Positions 1-13,608 of a stretch of DNA of 26,506 nt are shown here, piece by piece. The translations under genes and the position numbers were made by a program. Origin of the DNA: a bacterium (GTDB lineage: Bacteria; Krumholzibacteriota; Krumholzibacteriia; G020349025); the NCBI GenBank assembly GCA_031362565.1, contig JANLSU010000036.1, positions 1 to 26,506 of the forward strand, read 5' to 3'. The notes beneath the pieces are model-generated. The model saw nothing but the letters and a program-made list of their open reading frames with translations. It made no database searches and was not told the DNA's origin. The number at the start of each line of letters is the position of its first letter. Position 1 is the first letter of the stretch.

Positions 1-135
1 GTGATGCCGGGCGACAACATCTCCATGGACGTGGAGTTGATCACGCCGATCGCCATGAGCGAGGGCTTGCGCTTCGCGATTCGCGAAGGCGGCCATACGG
101 TCGGCGCCGGAGTCGTCGCCAAAATCATCGCGTGA
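1..135 (+). CDS. tuf: Elongation factor Tu, 3' end (partial)
   Basis: Frame 1 reads [44 protein letters not shown], the EF-Tu C-terminus; TGA at 133-135. Confidence 0.97.
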   Translation: MMPGDNISMDVELITPIAMSEGLRFAIREGGHTVGAGVVAKIIA

Positions 136-197
136 ACGAGGTGGGCGAGCGTTGGTGGCTCGCCGGACCACTGGTTCCAGAACGAAAGTGATGCACG

Positions 198-347
198 ATG
201 CGCGACATCATTCATCTGGCTTGCAGCGATTGCAAGAACCGGAATTACACGACGAAGAAGAACAAGCGGACGCATCCGGAGCGGGTCGAGTACCGCAAGT
301 ACTGCCCGTTCTGCCGGAAGCACCAGGCACACAAGGAAACGCGCTAG
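198..347 (+). CDS. rpmG: 50S ribosomal protein L33 (Zn-binding CxxC/CxxC form)
   Basis: Hand translation [49 protein letters not shown] (49 aa, absent from the ORF track); usual tuf-rpmG-tRNA-Trp-secE context. Confidence 0.96.
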   Translation: MRDIIHLACSDCKNRNYTTKKNKRTHPERVEYRKYCPFCRKHQAHKETR

Positions 348-353
348 GCAGCT

Positions 354-429
354 ACGCGAGTAGCTCAATTGGCAGAGCAGCTGATTCCAAATCAGCAGGC
401 TGGGGGTTCGAGTCCCTCCTCGCGTGCCA
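354..429 (+). tRNA. tRNA-Trp(CCA)
   Basis: Acceptor stem ACGCGAG/CTCGCGT, D arm GCTCAATTGGCAGAGC, anticodon arm GCTGA-TTCCAAA-TCAGC, T loop GTTCGAG, encoded 3' CCA; 76 nt. Confidence 0.97.
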
Positions 430-457
430 CTTTGAACGAGACCGATAGGAGTCTTGC

Positions 458-754
458 ATGGATCCGAAGACAACCCCCGTCCGGGCGCACGCGGAGCCGA
501 CCAAGCCCCGGGTTCATGCGGAGCCGGGTTCGGATGGCAAGTCGAAATTGGCGCGCCTGTGGCCGCAGACCCGCGCGTTCCTCGCGGACGTGCGTGTCGA
601 GCTGACCAAAGTGACGTGGCCGACTTGGGAAGAACTGCGGGGACAGACCATCGTCGTCATCATCGCGGTCTTGATGATCGCGGCTTTCGTCGGCTTGGTG
701 GATGTCATCCTCAGCAACACGATCAAGCTGCTGGTGACGCGACTGACGACGTGA
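458..754 (+). CDS. secE: Preprotein translocase subunit SecE
   Basis: ELTKVTWPT motif followed by one TM helix; SD AGGAG upstream; precedes nusG. Confidence 0.95.
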   Translation: MDPKTTPVRAHAEPTKPRVHAEPGSDGKSKLARLWPQTRAFLADVRVELTKVTWPTWEELRGQTIVVIIAVLMIAAFVGLVDVILSNTIKLLVTRLTT

Positions 755-819
755 CGGGCCGAGTGTGACGCGGGCCCCCTTTGGGCCGCCGCGCACCAAC
801 GAACCGAGAACGAGGGGCT

Positions 820-1473
820 ATGACCCACGACGACATGCAGGAGTTCAGCGAGGACGTCCGCGACATGGACGCTCTTGGCGCCGGCGGCGCATCGAAGTCG
901 AAGGCCGAGACGACCGTCACCGACACTGCGCCCCGCAGCGACAAACTCAAGTGGTACGTGGTCCACACGTACTCGGGCCACGAGAACAAGGTCAAGCAGA
1001 GCATCGAGAAGGCGGTGGAACTCCAGGGCCTCGGCCACCTGTTCGAACAGGTGCTGATCCCCACGGAGGAAGTCACCGAAATGAAGAAGGGCAAGAAGGT
1101 CAAGGTCAACCGCAAGTTCTTCCCTTCGTACATCCTGGTGCACCTCGAGTTGACCGAGGAAATGATGCACCTCGTGAACAACATTCCGGGCGTGACGCGC
1201 TTCGTGGGCACCGGCAACAAACCGGCGCCGGTCACTGAAAAAGAAGTGGACCGCATTCTCAAGCGCGGCGACACGACGGTCAAAGAGAAGGAAATTCGCG
1301 AGATTCCCTTCCGTGTGGGCGAACACGTGAAGGTCACCGATGGTCCGTTCTCGGATTTCAATGGCGTCATCGACGAAATTAATCCGGAGCGGGGCAAGCT
1401 GAAGGTCATGGTCGGAATCTTCGGGCGCGAGACGCCTGTCGAGCTCGACTTCCTTCAGGTGGAGCGTCTGTAA
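820..1473 (+). CDS. nusG: Transcription termination/antitermination factor NusG
   Basis: KWYVVHTYSGHE N-terminal motif, KOW motif (GEHVKVTDGPFSDFNG), IFGRETPVEL; ATG 820 after GAGGGG. Confidence 0.96.
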   Translation: MTHDDMQEFSEDVRDMDALGAGGASKSKAETTVTDTAPRSDKLKWYVVHTYSGHENKVKQSIEKAVELQGLGHLFEQVLIPTEEVTEMKKGKKVKVNRKFFPSYILVHLELTEEMMHLVNNIPGVTRFVGTGNKPAPVTEKEVDRILKRGDTTVKEKEIREIPFRVGEHVKVTDGPFSDFNGVIDEINPERGKLKVMVGIFGRETPVELDFLQVERL

Positions 1474-1593
1474 TTTTCGAACCGGGCGGGTTCGTGCCTC
1501 TTGCAGGGTGCGGAAGCTTCTACCGTGCGAGTCCAAGATTCAGGGGCTTCGAAGTTCGTTTCAATTCAGCGTGAGTGGATGGTGTGAAGCGCC

Positions 1594-2016
1594 ATGGCGA
1601 AGAAAATCCTGACGCAGATCAAACTCCAGATCACGGCGGGCCAGGCCAATCCGGCGCCCCCAGTGGGTCCGGCTCTCGGCCAGCACGGCGTGAATATCAT
1701 GGAGTTCTGCAAGCAGTTCAACGCCGCCACCCAGGCACAGGTCGGAACCGTGACTCCAGTCGTGATCACGGTGTACTCGGACCGTACCTTCAGCTTCATC
1801 ACGAAGACTCCCCCGGCGTCGGTGCTGATTGCAAAAGCAGCCGGTGTTCCGAAGGGGTCGGGTGTGCCGAACCGTAACAAGGTCGGCAAGGTGACGCGGC
1901 AGCAGGTCGAGGAGATCGCCAAGCTCAAGATGCCGGATTTGAATGCCAGCACGCTTGATTCAGCGGTTTCCATGGTCATGGGGACGGCTCGTAGTATGGG
2001 CATAGAGGTCGTTTGA
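1594..2016 (+). CDS. rplK: 50S ribosomal protein L11
   Basis: [26 protein letters not shown] motif. Confidence 0.98.
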   Translation: MAKKILTQIKLQITAGQANPAPPVGPALGQHGVNIMEFCKQFNAATQAQVGTVTPVVITVYSDRTFSFITKTPPASVLIAKAAGVPKGSGVPNRNKVGKVTRQQVEEIAKLKMPDLNASTLDSAVSMVMGTARSMGIEVV

Positions 2017-2035
2017 ACGGACTCCGAGGACGGTC

Positions 2036-2740
2036 ATGAAACACGGTAAGAAGTACACGGCTGCATCGGCGACGATCGACCGCGAGAAAGCCTACGTGGT
2101 CGATGACGCAGTGCAGTTGATCAAGCAGTCAGCGAAGGCCAAGTTCGACGAAACCGTCGATCTTGTCGTGCGTCTGGGAGTCGACCCGCGGCATGCGGAC
2201 CAGCAGGTTCGCGGCGCGGTGGTGTTGCCTCACGGCATCGGCAAGACGGTTCGCGTTCTGGCATTCGTCAAAGGTGAGAAGGAAAAAGAAGCTCTGGCTG
2301 CCGGTGCCGATTTCGCGGGTGCCGACGATCTCGTCGCCAGGGTCCAGGAAGGCTGGACCGACTTCGACGTGGTCATCGCAACTCCCGACTTGATGGGCAG
2401 CGTCGGCAAACTGGGCCGAGTACTCGGTCCAAGAGGCCTGATGCCAAACCCCAAGCTCGGCACGGTCACGATGGACGTGTCGCGCGCGGTGCGGGAAGCC
2501 AAGGCCGGTAAGATCGAGTACCGCGTCGATAAGGCGGGCAACGTGCACGTCCCCGTCGGCAAAGCGTCATTCAGCCAGGAGGCGTTGACGGATAACGTCA
2601 ACAGCATCCTCCACGAGCTGGTGCGCGCCAAGCCGGCGGCCTCCAAAGGGCGGTACATGATGTCGGCTTTCATCAGTAGCACCATGGGACCCTCGGTCAA
2701 GCTGGATACGTCCGCTTTGACCGTTGCGGTCGCGCAGTAG
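2036..2740 (+). CDS. rplA: 50S ribosomal protein L1
   Basis: [19 protein letters not shown] and STMGPS motifs. Confidence 0.98.
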   Translation: MKHGKKYTAASATIDREKAYVVDDAVQLIKQSAKAKFDETVDLVVRLGVDPRHADQQVRGAVVLPHGIGKTVRVLAFVKGEKEKEALAAGADFAGADDLVARVQEGWTDFDVVIATPDLMGSVGKLGRVLGPRGLMPNPKLGTVTMDVSRAVREAKAGKIEYRVDKAGNVHVPVGKASFSQEALTDNVNSILHELVRAKPAASKGRYMMSAFISSTMGPSVKLDTSALTVAVAQ

Positions 2741-2750
2741 GAGGGAAGCG

Positions 2751-3278
2751 ATGGCGACCGAAGCCAAAGTGCAGACGGTCGGCGAGTTCGGAGAAGTCGT
2801 CGGCGGCGCGACCAGCGTCATCCTCAGCGATTTCTCGGGTCTCGACGTCGCGGCCGTATCCGACCTGCGCCGCAAGTGCCGTGCGGCCGGGGTGCAGTAC
2901 CGAGTCATCAAGAACACGCTCGCGAAGCGCAGCATCGTCAACACGCCACTCGAGCCTCTGGGGTCACACCTGGATGGTCCGAATGCTTGGGCGGTCCACA
3001 AGACCGATCCGGTGGCGGCGGCGAAAGTGCTGAGCGAGTTCGCGAAAGGCAACGAGAAGCTGAAGCTCCGGGCCGGTTTCGTCGATGGCCGTGTGATCTC
3101 CGTGAGCGAGGTCCAACGCCTGGCGAAACTGCCGAGTCGCGAGATCCTGTTGAGCCAAGTCGTGGGCGGCATGAGCACGCCCATGGTGAAGTTCGCAGGC
3201 GTGATGCAAGCGATTCTCCGGAACTTTGTCGGAGTCGTAGATGCCTACGCGAAGCAGCGTGCCGATACCGGCGCCTGA
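2751..3278 (+). CDS. rplJ: 50S ribosomal protein L10
   Basis: [22 protein letters not shown] pattern; ATG 2751 after SD GGAGG overlapping the rplA stop. Confidence 0.96.
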   Translation: MATEAKVQTVGEFGEVVGGATSVILSDFSGLDVAAVSDLRRKCRAAGVQYRVIKNTLAKRSIVNTPLEPLGSHLDGPNAWAVHKTDPVAAAKVLSEFAKGNEKLKLRAGFVDGRVISVSEVQRLAKLPSREILLSQVVGGMSTPMVKFAGVMQAILRNFVGVVDAYAKQRADTGA

Positions 3279-3371
3279 CGAGAGCTGCGGTGATCCCGGA
3301 GGGGTGAGCCGCCAGGAACCCTGACGTTTCAATCGACGCGAAGTCGCAGACTGAAGAGAGGTTGGAGACCA

Positions 3372-3755
3372 ATGCCCGAGACGACCACCAAAGTGCAGCA
3401 GGTTCTGGAGCAGGTCGAGAAGATGACGGTTCTCGAGCTCGCGGAACTGGTGAAGGCCTTCGAAGAGAAGTTCGGCGTGAGCGCTGCGGCGCCGGTCATG
3501 GCGGTTGCGGCCGCCGGCGCGGTTGCTGCGCCTGCCGAAGAGAAGACCGAGTTCGACGCGGTCTTGACGGATGCTGGCAGCAACAAGATCCAGGTCATCA
3601 AGGTGGTCCGCGCGATCACCGGCCTGGGCTTGAAGGAAGCCAAGGATCTTGTCGAAGCCGCGCCGAAGGCGATCAAGGAAGGCGTCTCCAAGAAGGACGC
3701 CGACGAGATCCAGAAGCAAGTCACCGAGGTTGGCGGTACCGTCACCATCAAGTGA
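3372..3755 (+). CDS. rplL: 50S ribosomal protein L7/L12
   Basis: [16 protein letters not shown] and [12 protein letters not shown] motifs. Confidence 0.98.
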   Translation: MPETTTKVQQVLEQVEKMTVLELAELVKAFEEKFGVSAAAPVMAVAAAGAVAAPAEEKTEFDAVLTDAGSNKIQVIKVVRAITGLGLKEAKDLVEAAPKAIKEGVSKKDADEIQKQVTEVGGTVTIK

Positions 3756-3776
3756 CCGCCGCCGGCTGTTTTCGCA

Positions 3777-3809
3777 GGGGTAAGGAGGCGGCAAAAGCCT
3801 CCTTGCCCC
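3777..3809 (+). terminator. GC-rich hairpin between rplL and rpoB (possible attenuator)
   Basis: GGGGTAAGGAGGC-7 nt-GCCTCCTTGCCCC, a 13-bp stem with one G-U pair; no clean U-tract. Confidence 0.5.
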
Positions 3810-3876
3810 CGCGTGATTTCATCGCCTGTTCGTCGCGACCGTTTCCTGTCCCTTGCTTGAAGAGGATGTGACGCAC

Positions 3877-6800
3877 TTGGAGAAGATCGTGCGCAAGAAC
3901 TACTCCAAGATTCCAGCTCTCGTGGAGATTCCGAATCTCCTGGACGTTCAGCTCGAGAGCTACAAGAACTTCATTATGTCCGCGGGCAAGGACAAGCCCG
4001 GGGAAAGCCTGCAGTCGGTATTCGAAACCATCTTTCCGATCGTTTCGGCACGCGAGAACTTCGTATTGGAGTTCATCAGCTACTCGATCGGCGAGCCGAA
4101 GTACTCGATGGACGAATGCCAGGAGCGCGACCTCACGTATGCCGCGCCGCTCAAGGCGAAGCTGCGGCTGATCATCAAGGTCGACGAGGAAGGTGAGCGC
4201 AAGGTCAAGGACGTGATGGAAGCCGAGGTGTTCCTCGGCGAATTGCCGCTCATCACCGACAAAGGCACGTTCATCATCAATGGCGCGGAGCGCGTCATCG
4301 TCAGCCAGTTGCACCGTTCGCCGGGTGTCTTCTTCTCGGACGCCATGCATCCGAACGGCAAGCGTTTGTTCAGCGCCCGCATCATCCCGTACCGTGGTTC
4401 GTGGGTGGAATTCACCACCGACATCAACGACGTGATGTACGTGCACATCGACCGCAAGCGCAAGCAGCCGGCGACGATTCTGCTGCGTGCGGTCGGTTTC
4501 GACACCGACGCCAAGATCCTGCAGCTGTTCTTCAAGACGGAAACGCTGCCGGTGACCAAGCGCGCCTCGAAGACGGACCAGGGAATCATCGGCCGTTACA
4601 CGGCCGAAGACGTCGTCAATCCGACGACCGGCGAAGTGCTCATCGAGGCCGGCCACGAGATCACCGAGGAACTCCTGCTGCGCATGCGCACCGCCGGCAT
4701 CGAAGAACTGCTGGCGCTCGGCGAAGGCGAGTACGCGGAGAACGACATCGTCCGCAACACCTTGCGCCGCGATTCGACGAAGAGCGAAGAAGAAGCGCTG
4801 AAGAAGATCTACAACCTGTTGCGGCCCGGTGATCCGCCGAGCGTCGACACGGCGCGTGCGCTGCTCGACCGGTTGTTCTTCAATCCGCGCCGGTACAACT
4901 TGTCGGCGGTCGGCCGCTACAAGATGAACCAGCGGTTGCATCTCAACATCCCGCTCGAGAATGCGACACTGACGCCCACGGACTTCGTGGCGGTGACGGC
5001 GGCGTTGTTGGACTTGGCGAACCAGGACGGCGAAGTCGACGACATCGACCATCTGGGCAACCGCCGCATCCGCTCGGTGGGTGAACTGCTGGCGAACCAG
5101 TTCTCGTTGGGGTTGTCGCGCATGGCGCGCATCATCCGCGAGCGCATGAGCTTGCAGGACGCCGAATCGATCACCCCGTACGACTTGGTGAATGCGCGCA
5201 CCATCAGCGCCGTGATCCAGTCGTTCTTCGGGTCGAGCCAGCTCTCGCAGTTCATGGATCAGACGAATCCGCTCGCCGAGTTGACGCACAAGCGGCGTCT
5301 GTCGGCACTCGGACCGGGTGGTCTGACGCGCGAGCGCGCCGGCTTCGAAGTCCGTGACGTGCACCAAACGCACTACGGGCGCATGTGCCCGATCGAGACG
5401 CCGGAAGGGCCGAACATCGGTCTCATCACGTCGTTGTCGAGCTTTGCTCGCGTCAACCGCTTCGGGTTCTTGGAGACGCCGTATCGCAAGTGCGAAGGCG
5501 GCAAGGCGTCGACCGACATCGTGTATCTGTCGGCCGACGAGGAGGACGACCACCTGCTCGCGCAGGCGAGCGAGCCTCTGAAGGCGGACGGTGCCTTCCA
5601 GCGCCAGCAGGTGCCGGTGCGGTTCCGTGACGACTTCCCGATGGTGACGCCGGAACAGATCCAGTACATGGATGTGTCGCCGATGCAGGCCGTTTCGGCT
5701 GCCGCGGCGCTCATTCCGTTCCTGGAACACGACGATGCCAACCGCGCCCTCATGGGCTGCAACATGCAGCGCCAGGCGGTGCCGCTCCTGCGTACCGAAC
5801 CGCCGCTCGTGGGCACCGGTATGGAAGAGAAGATCGCCCGCGATTCCGGTGCCACCGTGGTTGCCAAGCGTGCCGGTATCGTCAAGAGCGTGACCGCCGA
5901 CGCCGTGCTCGTGCAGTACAAGGGCCGGCGCGACGAGATCATCGAAGACTTCACCGGGCTCGGCGGCTTGGACGAGTACAAGCTGTCGAAGTTCCGCCGT
6001 TCCAACCAGGACACCTGCATCAACCAGAAGCCGGTGGCCGTCGTTGGGCAAAAGGTGGAGAAGGGCGACATCCTTGCGGACGGGCCTGCCACCAACAGCG
6101 GCGAACTGGCGCTCGGCCACAACGTGGTCGTCGCCTTCATGCCGTGGTGCGGGTACAACTTCGAGGACGCCATCATCCTCAGTGAATCGTTGGTGAAGGA
6201 AGACAAGTTCACGTCGATTCACATCGAGGAATTCGAGTGCCAGGTGCGCGACACCAAGGCCGGCATGGAGGAAATCACTCGCGAAATCCCCAACGTCGGT
6301 GAAGAAGCGCTCCGCAAGCTGGACGAGGACGGCGTCGTCATGGTGGGCGCCCGCGTCAAGTCGGGCGACATTCTGGTCGGCAAGGTGACGCCGAAGGGCG
6401 AAACCGACTTGTCGCCGGAAGAGCGCCTGTTGCGCGCCATCTTCGGCGAGAAGGCAGGCGACGTGCGCGACGCGTCGCTCAAGGCCCCGCCCGGGATGGA
6501 AGGCATCGTCGTCGACATCAAGGTCTTCTCGCGCCGCGAACGCGACGAGCGTAGCAAGGGCGAAGAGAAGAAGAAGACCGAGCGTCTGCGCCGCATCCTG
6601 AAGAAGGAAGAGACGCGGATCAAGGAGATGCGCGACGAGAAGCTGCATGAACTGCTGCTCGACCAGACCAGCGAGCGCCTGGTGCACGCCGAATCCGGCG
6701 AGATCATCATGCGCGCCAACACCAAGCTGGCGGCCGACAAGCTGCAGACCATCGACTTCGACCATGTGCAGTGGGGCATGCCCATCGTGCAGGACGCAGC

Positions 6801-7650
6801 CGTGGACAAGAAGGTGAAGCGGGTGCTCGAGGCCGCGGGCCGGGCGCTCGAGAAAGCGTTGCGGCAGCACGACAAGGAAGTCGAGCGCGTGCAGCGCGGC
6901 GACGAATTGCCGCCCGGTGTCGTCAAGCTCGTCAAGGTCTACATCGCGCGCAAGCGCAAGATCTCGGTGGGCGACAAGATGGCGGGGCGGCACGGTAACA
7001 AGGGTGTCGTCGCCAAGATCGTGCCCGTCGAGGACATGCCGTACTTGCCGGACGGTTCGCCGGTCGAGATCATTCTCAACCCGCTCGGTGTGCCGAGCCG
7101 TATGAACCTGGGTCAGATCCTCGAGACGCACTTGGGATGGGCCGCAGCCAAGCTCGGGATCTACTGCGCGACGCCGGTCTTCGACGGTGCCTCGATCGAC
7201 GAGATCAAGGCGGAACTGCGGGTCGCGGGGTTGCCGGAGAGCGGTAAGACGCCGCTCTTCGACGGCCGCACGGGACAGCCGTTCGACGATGAAGTGACGG
7301 TGGGCTTGATCTACATGATGAAGCTCTCGCACTTGGTCGACGACAAGATCCACGCCCGCTCCATCGGACCGTACTCGCTCGTCACGCAGCAGCCGCTGGG
7401 CGGTAAGGCCCAGTTCGGCGGGCAGCGTTTCGGAGAAATGGAAGTGTGGGCGCTCGAAGCGTACGGAGCTGCGTACTGCTTGCAGGAGTTGCTCACCGTC
7501 AAATCGGACGACGTGCTCGGCCGTTCGAAGATTTACGAGTCGATCGTCAAGGGAGAGAACCCGCCCGAGCCGGGAATCCCGGAGTCCTTCAACGTGCTCA
7601 TCAAGGAACTCCAGAGTCTCTGCTTGGACGTGCAGTTGGAAATGTCGTGA
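3877..7650 (+). CDS. rpoB: DNA-directed RNA polymerase beta subunit
   Basis: [35 protein letters not shown] and GGQRFGEME motifs. Start is probably TTG 3877 (AGAGGA 10 nt upstream); GTG 3868 is an alternative. Confidence 0.98.
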   Translation: MEKIVRKNYSKIPALVEIPNLLDVQLESYKNFIMSAGKDKPGESLQSVFETIFPIVSARENFVLEFISYSIGEPKYSMDECQERDLTYAAPLKAKLRLIIKVDEEGERKVKDVMEAEVFLGELPLITDKGTFIINGAERVIVSQLHRSPGVFFSDAMHPNGKRLFSARIIPYRGSWVEFTTDINDVMYVHIDRKRKQPATILLRAVGFDTDAKILQLFFKTETLPVTKRASKTDQGIIGRYTAEDVVNPTTGEVLIEAGHEITEELLLRMRTAGIEELLALGEGEYAENDIVRNTLRRDSTKSEEEALKKIYNLLRPGDPPSVDTARALLDRLFFNPRRYNLSAVGRYKMNQRLHLNIPLENATLTPTDFVAVTAALLDLANQDGEVDDIDHLGNRRIRSVGELLANQFSLGLSRMARIIRERMSLQDAESITPYDLVNARTISAVIQSFFGSSQLSQFMDQTNPLAELTHKRRLSALGPGGLTRERAGFEVRDVHQTHYGRMCPIETPEGPNIGLITSLSSFARVNRFGFLETPYRKCEGGKASTDIVYLSADEEDDHLLAQASEPLKADGAFQRQQVPVRFRDDFPMVTPEQIQYMDVSPMQAVSAAAALIPFLEHDDANRALMGCNMQRQAVPLLRTEPPLVGTGMEEKIARDSGATVVAKRAGIVKSVTADAVLVQYKGRRDEIIEDFTGLGGLDEYKLSKFRRSNQDTCINQKPVAVVGQKVEKGDILADGPATNSGELALGHNVVVAFMPWCGYNFEDAIILSESLVKEDKFTSIHIEEFECQVRDTKAGMEEITREIPNVGEEALRKLDEDGVVMVGARVKSGDILVGKVTPKGETDLSPEERLLRAIFGEKAGDVRDASLKAPPGMEGIVVDIKVFSRRERDERSKGEEKKKTERLRRILKKEETRIKEMRDEKLHELLLDQTSERLVHAESGEIIMRANTKLAADKLQTIDFDHVQWGMPIVQDAAVDKKVKRVLEAAGRALEKALRQHDKEVERVQRGDELPPGVVKLVKVYIARKRKISVGDKMAGRHGNKGVVAKIVPVEDMPYLPDGSPVEIILNPLGVPSRMNLGQILETHLGWAAAKLGIYCATPVFDGASIDEIKAELRVAGLPESGKTPLFDGRTGQPFDDEVTVGLIYMMKLSHLVDDKIHARSIGPYSLVTQQPLGGKAQFGGQRFGEMEVWALEAYGAAYCLQELLTVKSDDVLGRSKIYESIVKGENPPEPGIPESFNVLIKELQSLCLDVQLEMS

Positions 7651-7760
7651 GCGCGGCCTTGGGCGCGGTGACGTGCCGCGCCCAAGGGCCAGCGCCGTTC
7701 TGCTTTTGGTTCTCGATACGGCAACGCTCCGAAGTTGCCGAGTTTTAGGAGGTTCGTTCC

Positions 7761-11918
<4,158 letters not shown>

Positions 11919-11944
11919 GACAACGCGACGCAGCAATGCGAACA

Positions 11945-11979
11945 CGCGGGGTGCGATGCGGAGAGCGTCGCACCCCGCG
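11945..11979 (+). terminator. Hairpin downstream of rpoC (putative terminator)
   Basis: CGCGGGGTGCGATGC-GGAGA-GCGTCGCACCCCGCG, a 15-bp stem 26 nt after the stop, followed by GTGCTTT. Confidence 0.6.
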
Positions 11980-12053
11980 GTGCTTTCCGCTCTGCCCCCG
12001 CCTCGCGCACCACCCCGGCCCCCCATCGGAAATGGGCGCGCTTGGGCGTGGGG

Positions 12054-12176
12054 GTCTTCGGAGGTTTGCGGCCCCCGCCGGCTCAGACAGAACGGGCCGC
12101 GCCGCGCGCTTCGCGCGCATTATTAGATGCGCGAGCCCGTTAACCAAGCCGGCGGAGGCCGCAAACCTCCGAAGAC
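12054..12176. repeat. 123-bp palindromic element with 30-bp terminal inverted repeats (REPIN/MITE-like)
   Basis: 12054-12083 GTCTTCGGAGGTTTGCGGCCCCCGCCGGCT and 12147-12176 match as reverse complements at 29/30; inner IRs AACGGGC/GCCCGTT and CGCGCAT/ATGCGCG. Confidence 0.8.
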
Positions 12177-12250
12177 GTGCTCGCATTCGGACCCAGCCGG
12201 ATTCGGCGCAGCCGACACGGAACACGTTCGGGATCGGCCCCACAGATACT

Positions 12251-12850
12251 TCAGTCGTAGAGCGACTTGATTTGCGACCAGCTTGTGGTGTGCGTACTGA
12301 CGGTTGGGCAGTTGCCGTTGAGTTGCGCTTGGCCTGAAAGAACGCAGACCTTGGAAAATGCGGGTGCGTCGCACAGAGTCAGCACCACGCAGCAGAAGCC
12401 GCAGCTCGGCGTCACGTGGATTCCGACCTGGAGGGTGCGGGGCGTGATCGGGGCCAGGGCGAGGCTTTGGATCGTGTAGAGAAGCAGTAGGCCGTTCACC
12501 CCGCTGTGGCACCCGGGGACCGAGAAGGCGATGTTGCAGCCGCCCGCGATGGGGTTGCCAAGCGACAAGACCGCGTCGGGACTCGGCGTGACGGTGTTGA
12601 ACCAGGCGGGGTCGATGCCGTCGAGACGGAACTCTGCGCCTGTGACTCCACTGGCGGCGGCGTCATCGTAGAGGTCGGCGAAGATATAGGTCGTGAACCA
12701 GACGAATGGCGGGACGGTCGTACAGTTCACGAGTCCGTCGGCGCTGAACGCCGGGCGGATCGAAGATGCGGACGCGGGAAGTGCCACAACACCCAAGCAA
12801 AGCATCGCGGCGAGCCGAAGGGGCTGCCTGTGCCACAGAGAGTTCTGCAT
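12251..12850 (-). CDS. Secreted Cys-rich hypothetical protein with C-terminal SWSQIKSLY tail
   Basis: Signal peptide ending ASA, nine Cys in the mature part, GAGG SD upstream, coding-like codon usage. Confidence 0.85.
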   Translation of the reverse strand: MQNSLWHRQPLRLAAMLCLGVVALPASASSIRPAFSADGLVNCTTVPPFVWFTTYIFADLYDDAAASGVTGAEFRLDGIDPAWFNTVTPSPDAVLSLGNPIAGGCNIAFSVPGCHSGVNGLLLLYTIQSLALAPITPRTLQVGIHVTPSCGFCCVVLTLCDAPAFSKVCVLSGQAQLNGNCPTVSTHTTSWSQIKSLYD

Positions 12851-12936
12851 GGCAAGACCTCACAATGAGTACGAACGTGTCCGGAGTATACTCCCTTCCA
12901 GAGGATGGAACTCGACCCAGAAATTAGGAGCCGGAC

Positions 12937-13212
12937 GTGTACGTTCGCATTTTGTACTGCACGGTTTGAGGCTACGGTGCGCAGGCGGCGAGTCTCGCTG
13001 CCAGGATCAAAGCCGAGACCGGGGTGCCGGCGATGTGCGAGCCGGGCACGGCGCGGGGCCAGTTCGACGTCATCGTCGATGACGAGGTCATCGCATCCCG
13101 GTCGCGCGGCCTTCTCGTGCGTCTGCTCGGCATGGGCTGGCCGGATACGGATGCGATTGTTGCCGCCATCCGGAGCCGCCAGGGCGGCACGCCAAGCAAC
13201 GGAATGCCGTGA
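12937..13212 (+). CDS. Rdx (SelW/SelT/SelH)-family selenoprotein, Sec at TGA 12967-12969
   Basis: SD AGGAG (12926-12930), GTG start, MYVRILYCTV-U-GYGAQAASLAARIK...RGQFDVIVDDEVIASR...GWPDTDAIVAAI. The YCxxU, GxFxV and WP/FP motifs fit Rdx; 91 aa. Confidence 0.88.
12984..13002 (+). promoter_or_regulatory. Putative bacterial SECIS hairpin
   Basis: GGCGGCGA-GTC-TCGCTGCC stem-loop with a G-containing loop ~22 nt after the in-frame TGA. Confidence 0.65.
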
Positions 13213-13332
13213 GTGCTGTCGCTAGGCCGTGACGTTCGTCGACGGCAGAACGCCTCGCGACGCGACGCGCCCCGCCCCGCGCCGTGAAGACCTCTTGCCT
13301 TGCCCCGGAGCCGATTTTCAAAGAACACACCG

Positions 13333-13504
13333 GCGCTCGATGGCGCCAATGGTTGGCGGTCGAACGGTGCCTCGCAATTGGCGGGCCATGAGAGTAACTC
13401 GCGCCAGGCCGCTCTGCGGGAGTGGCTGCCGCGAAATTACCGCGCACGATTCGCCAACTGGAGTGACGAAGGCTGTCGATGGCGTTGACACCGAAAGCGA
13501 GCGC
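13333..13504. ncRNA. Candidate rod-shaped structured RNA or degenerate inverted repeat
   Basis: Nested pairings found by eye (minus-strand reading): GCGCTCG/CGAGCGC, GGTGTCAA/TTGGCGCC, TCGA/TCGA, GCCTTCG/CGAGGC, CAGTTGGCG/CGCCAATTG, GTAA/TTAC, CGCG/CGCG, plus an apical stem. Confidence 0.4.
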
Positions 13505-13579
13505 AGCTTGGCGCGGAACGGGTCACGGGCCAGACTTCGGGCGGAATTCAACTCGTTGTAGAATTGCACGATGCTTGTG

Positions 13580-13608
13580 ACTTTACTCGTTCCAGAACTA
13601 GTTGTGAA
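13580..13608 (-). promoter_or_regulatory. Putative sigma70 promoter firing leftward
   Basis: Minus strand TTCACA (-35), 17-nt spacer, TAAAGT (-10), in a locally AT-rich patch. Confidence 0.4.

Noticed and set aside
152..448. 98-aa ORF on the + strand
   Set aside because: Overlaps rpmG in another frame and runs across tRNA-Trp.
5236..5320. Rifampicin-resistance substitutions in RpoB cluster I
   Set aside because: [26 protein letters not shown] keeps the usual Q, D, H and S residues.
12086..12146. Integron attC site (AAC...GTT with a GCTTCGC inner hairpin)
   Set aside because: The R boxes do not fit RYYYAAC/GTTRRRY, there is no second site or integrase, and the larger 30-bp IR explains the structure better.
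12967..12969. TGA reassigned genome-wide (code 4 or 25)
   Set aside because: TGA terminates tuf, secE, rplK, rplJ, rplL, rpoB, rpoC and fusA at their expected ends, so read-through must be site-specific.
12905..13225. 106-aa ORF, and the 62-aa ORF at 13024, as the real gene
   Set aside because: The first is an Arg/Ser-rich off-frame reading. The second is the C-terminal part of the selenoprotein and lacks an SD.
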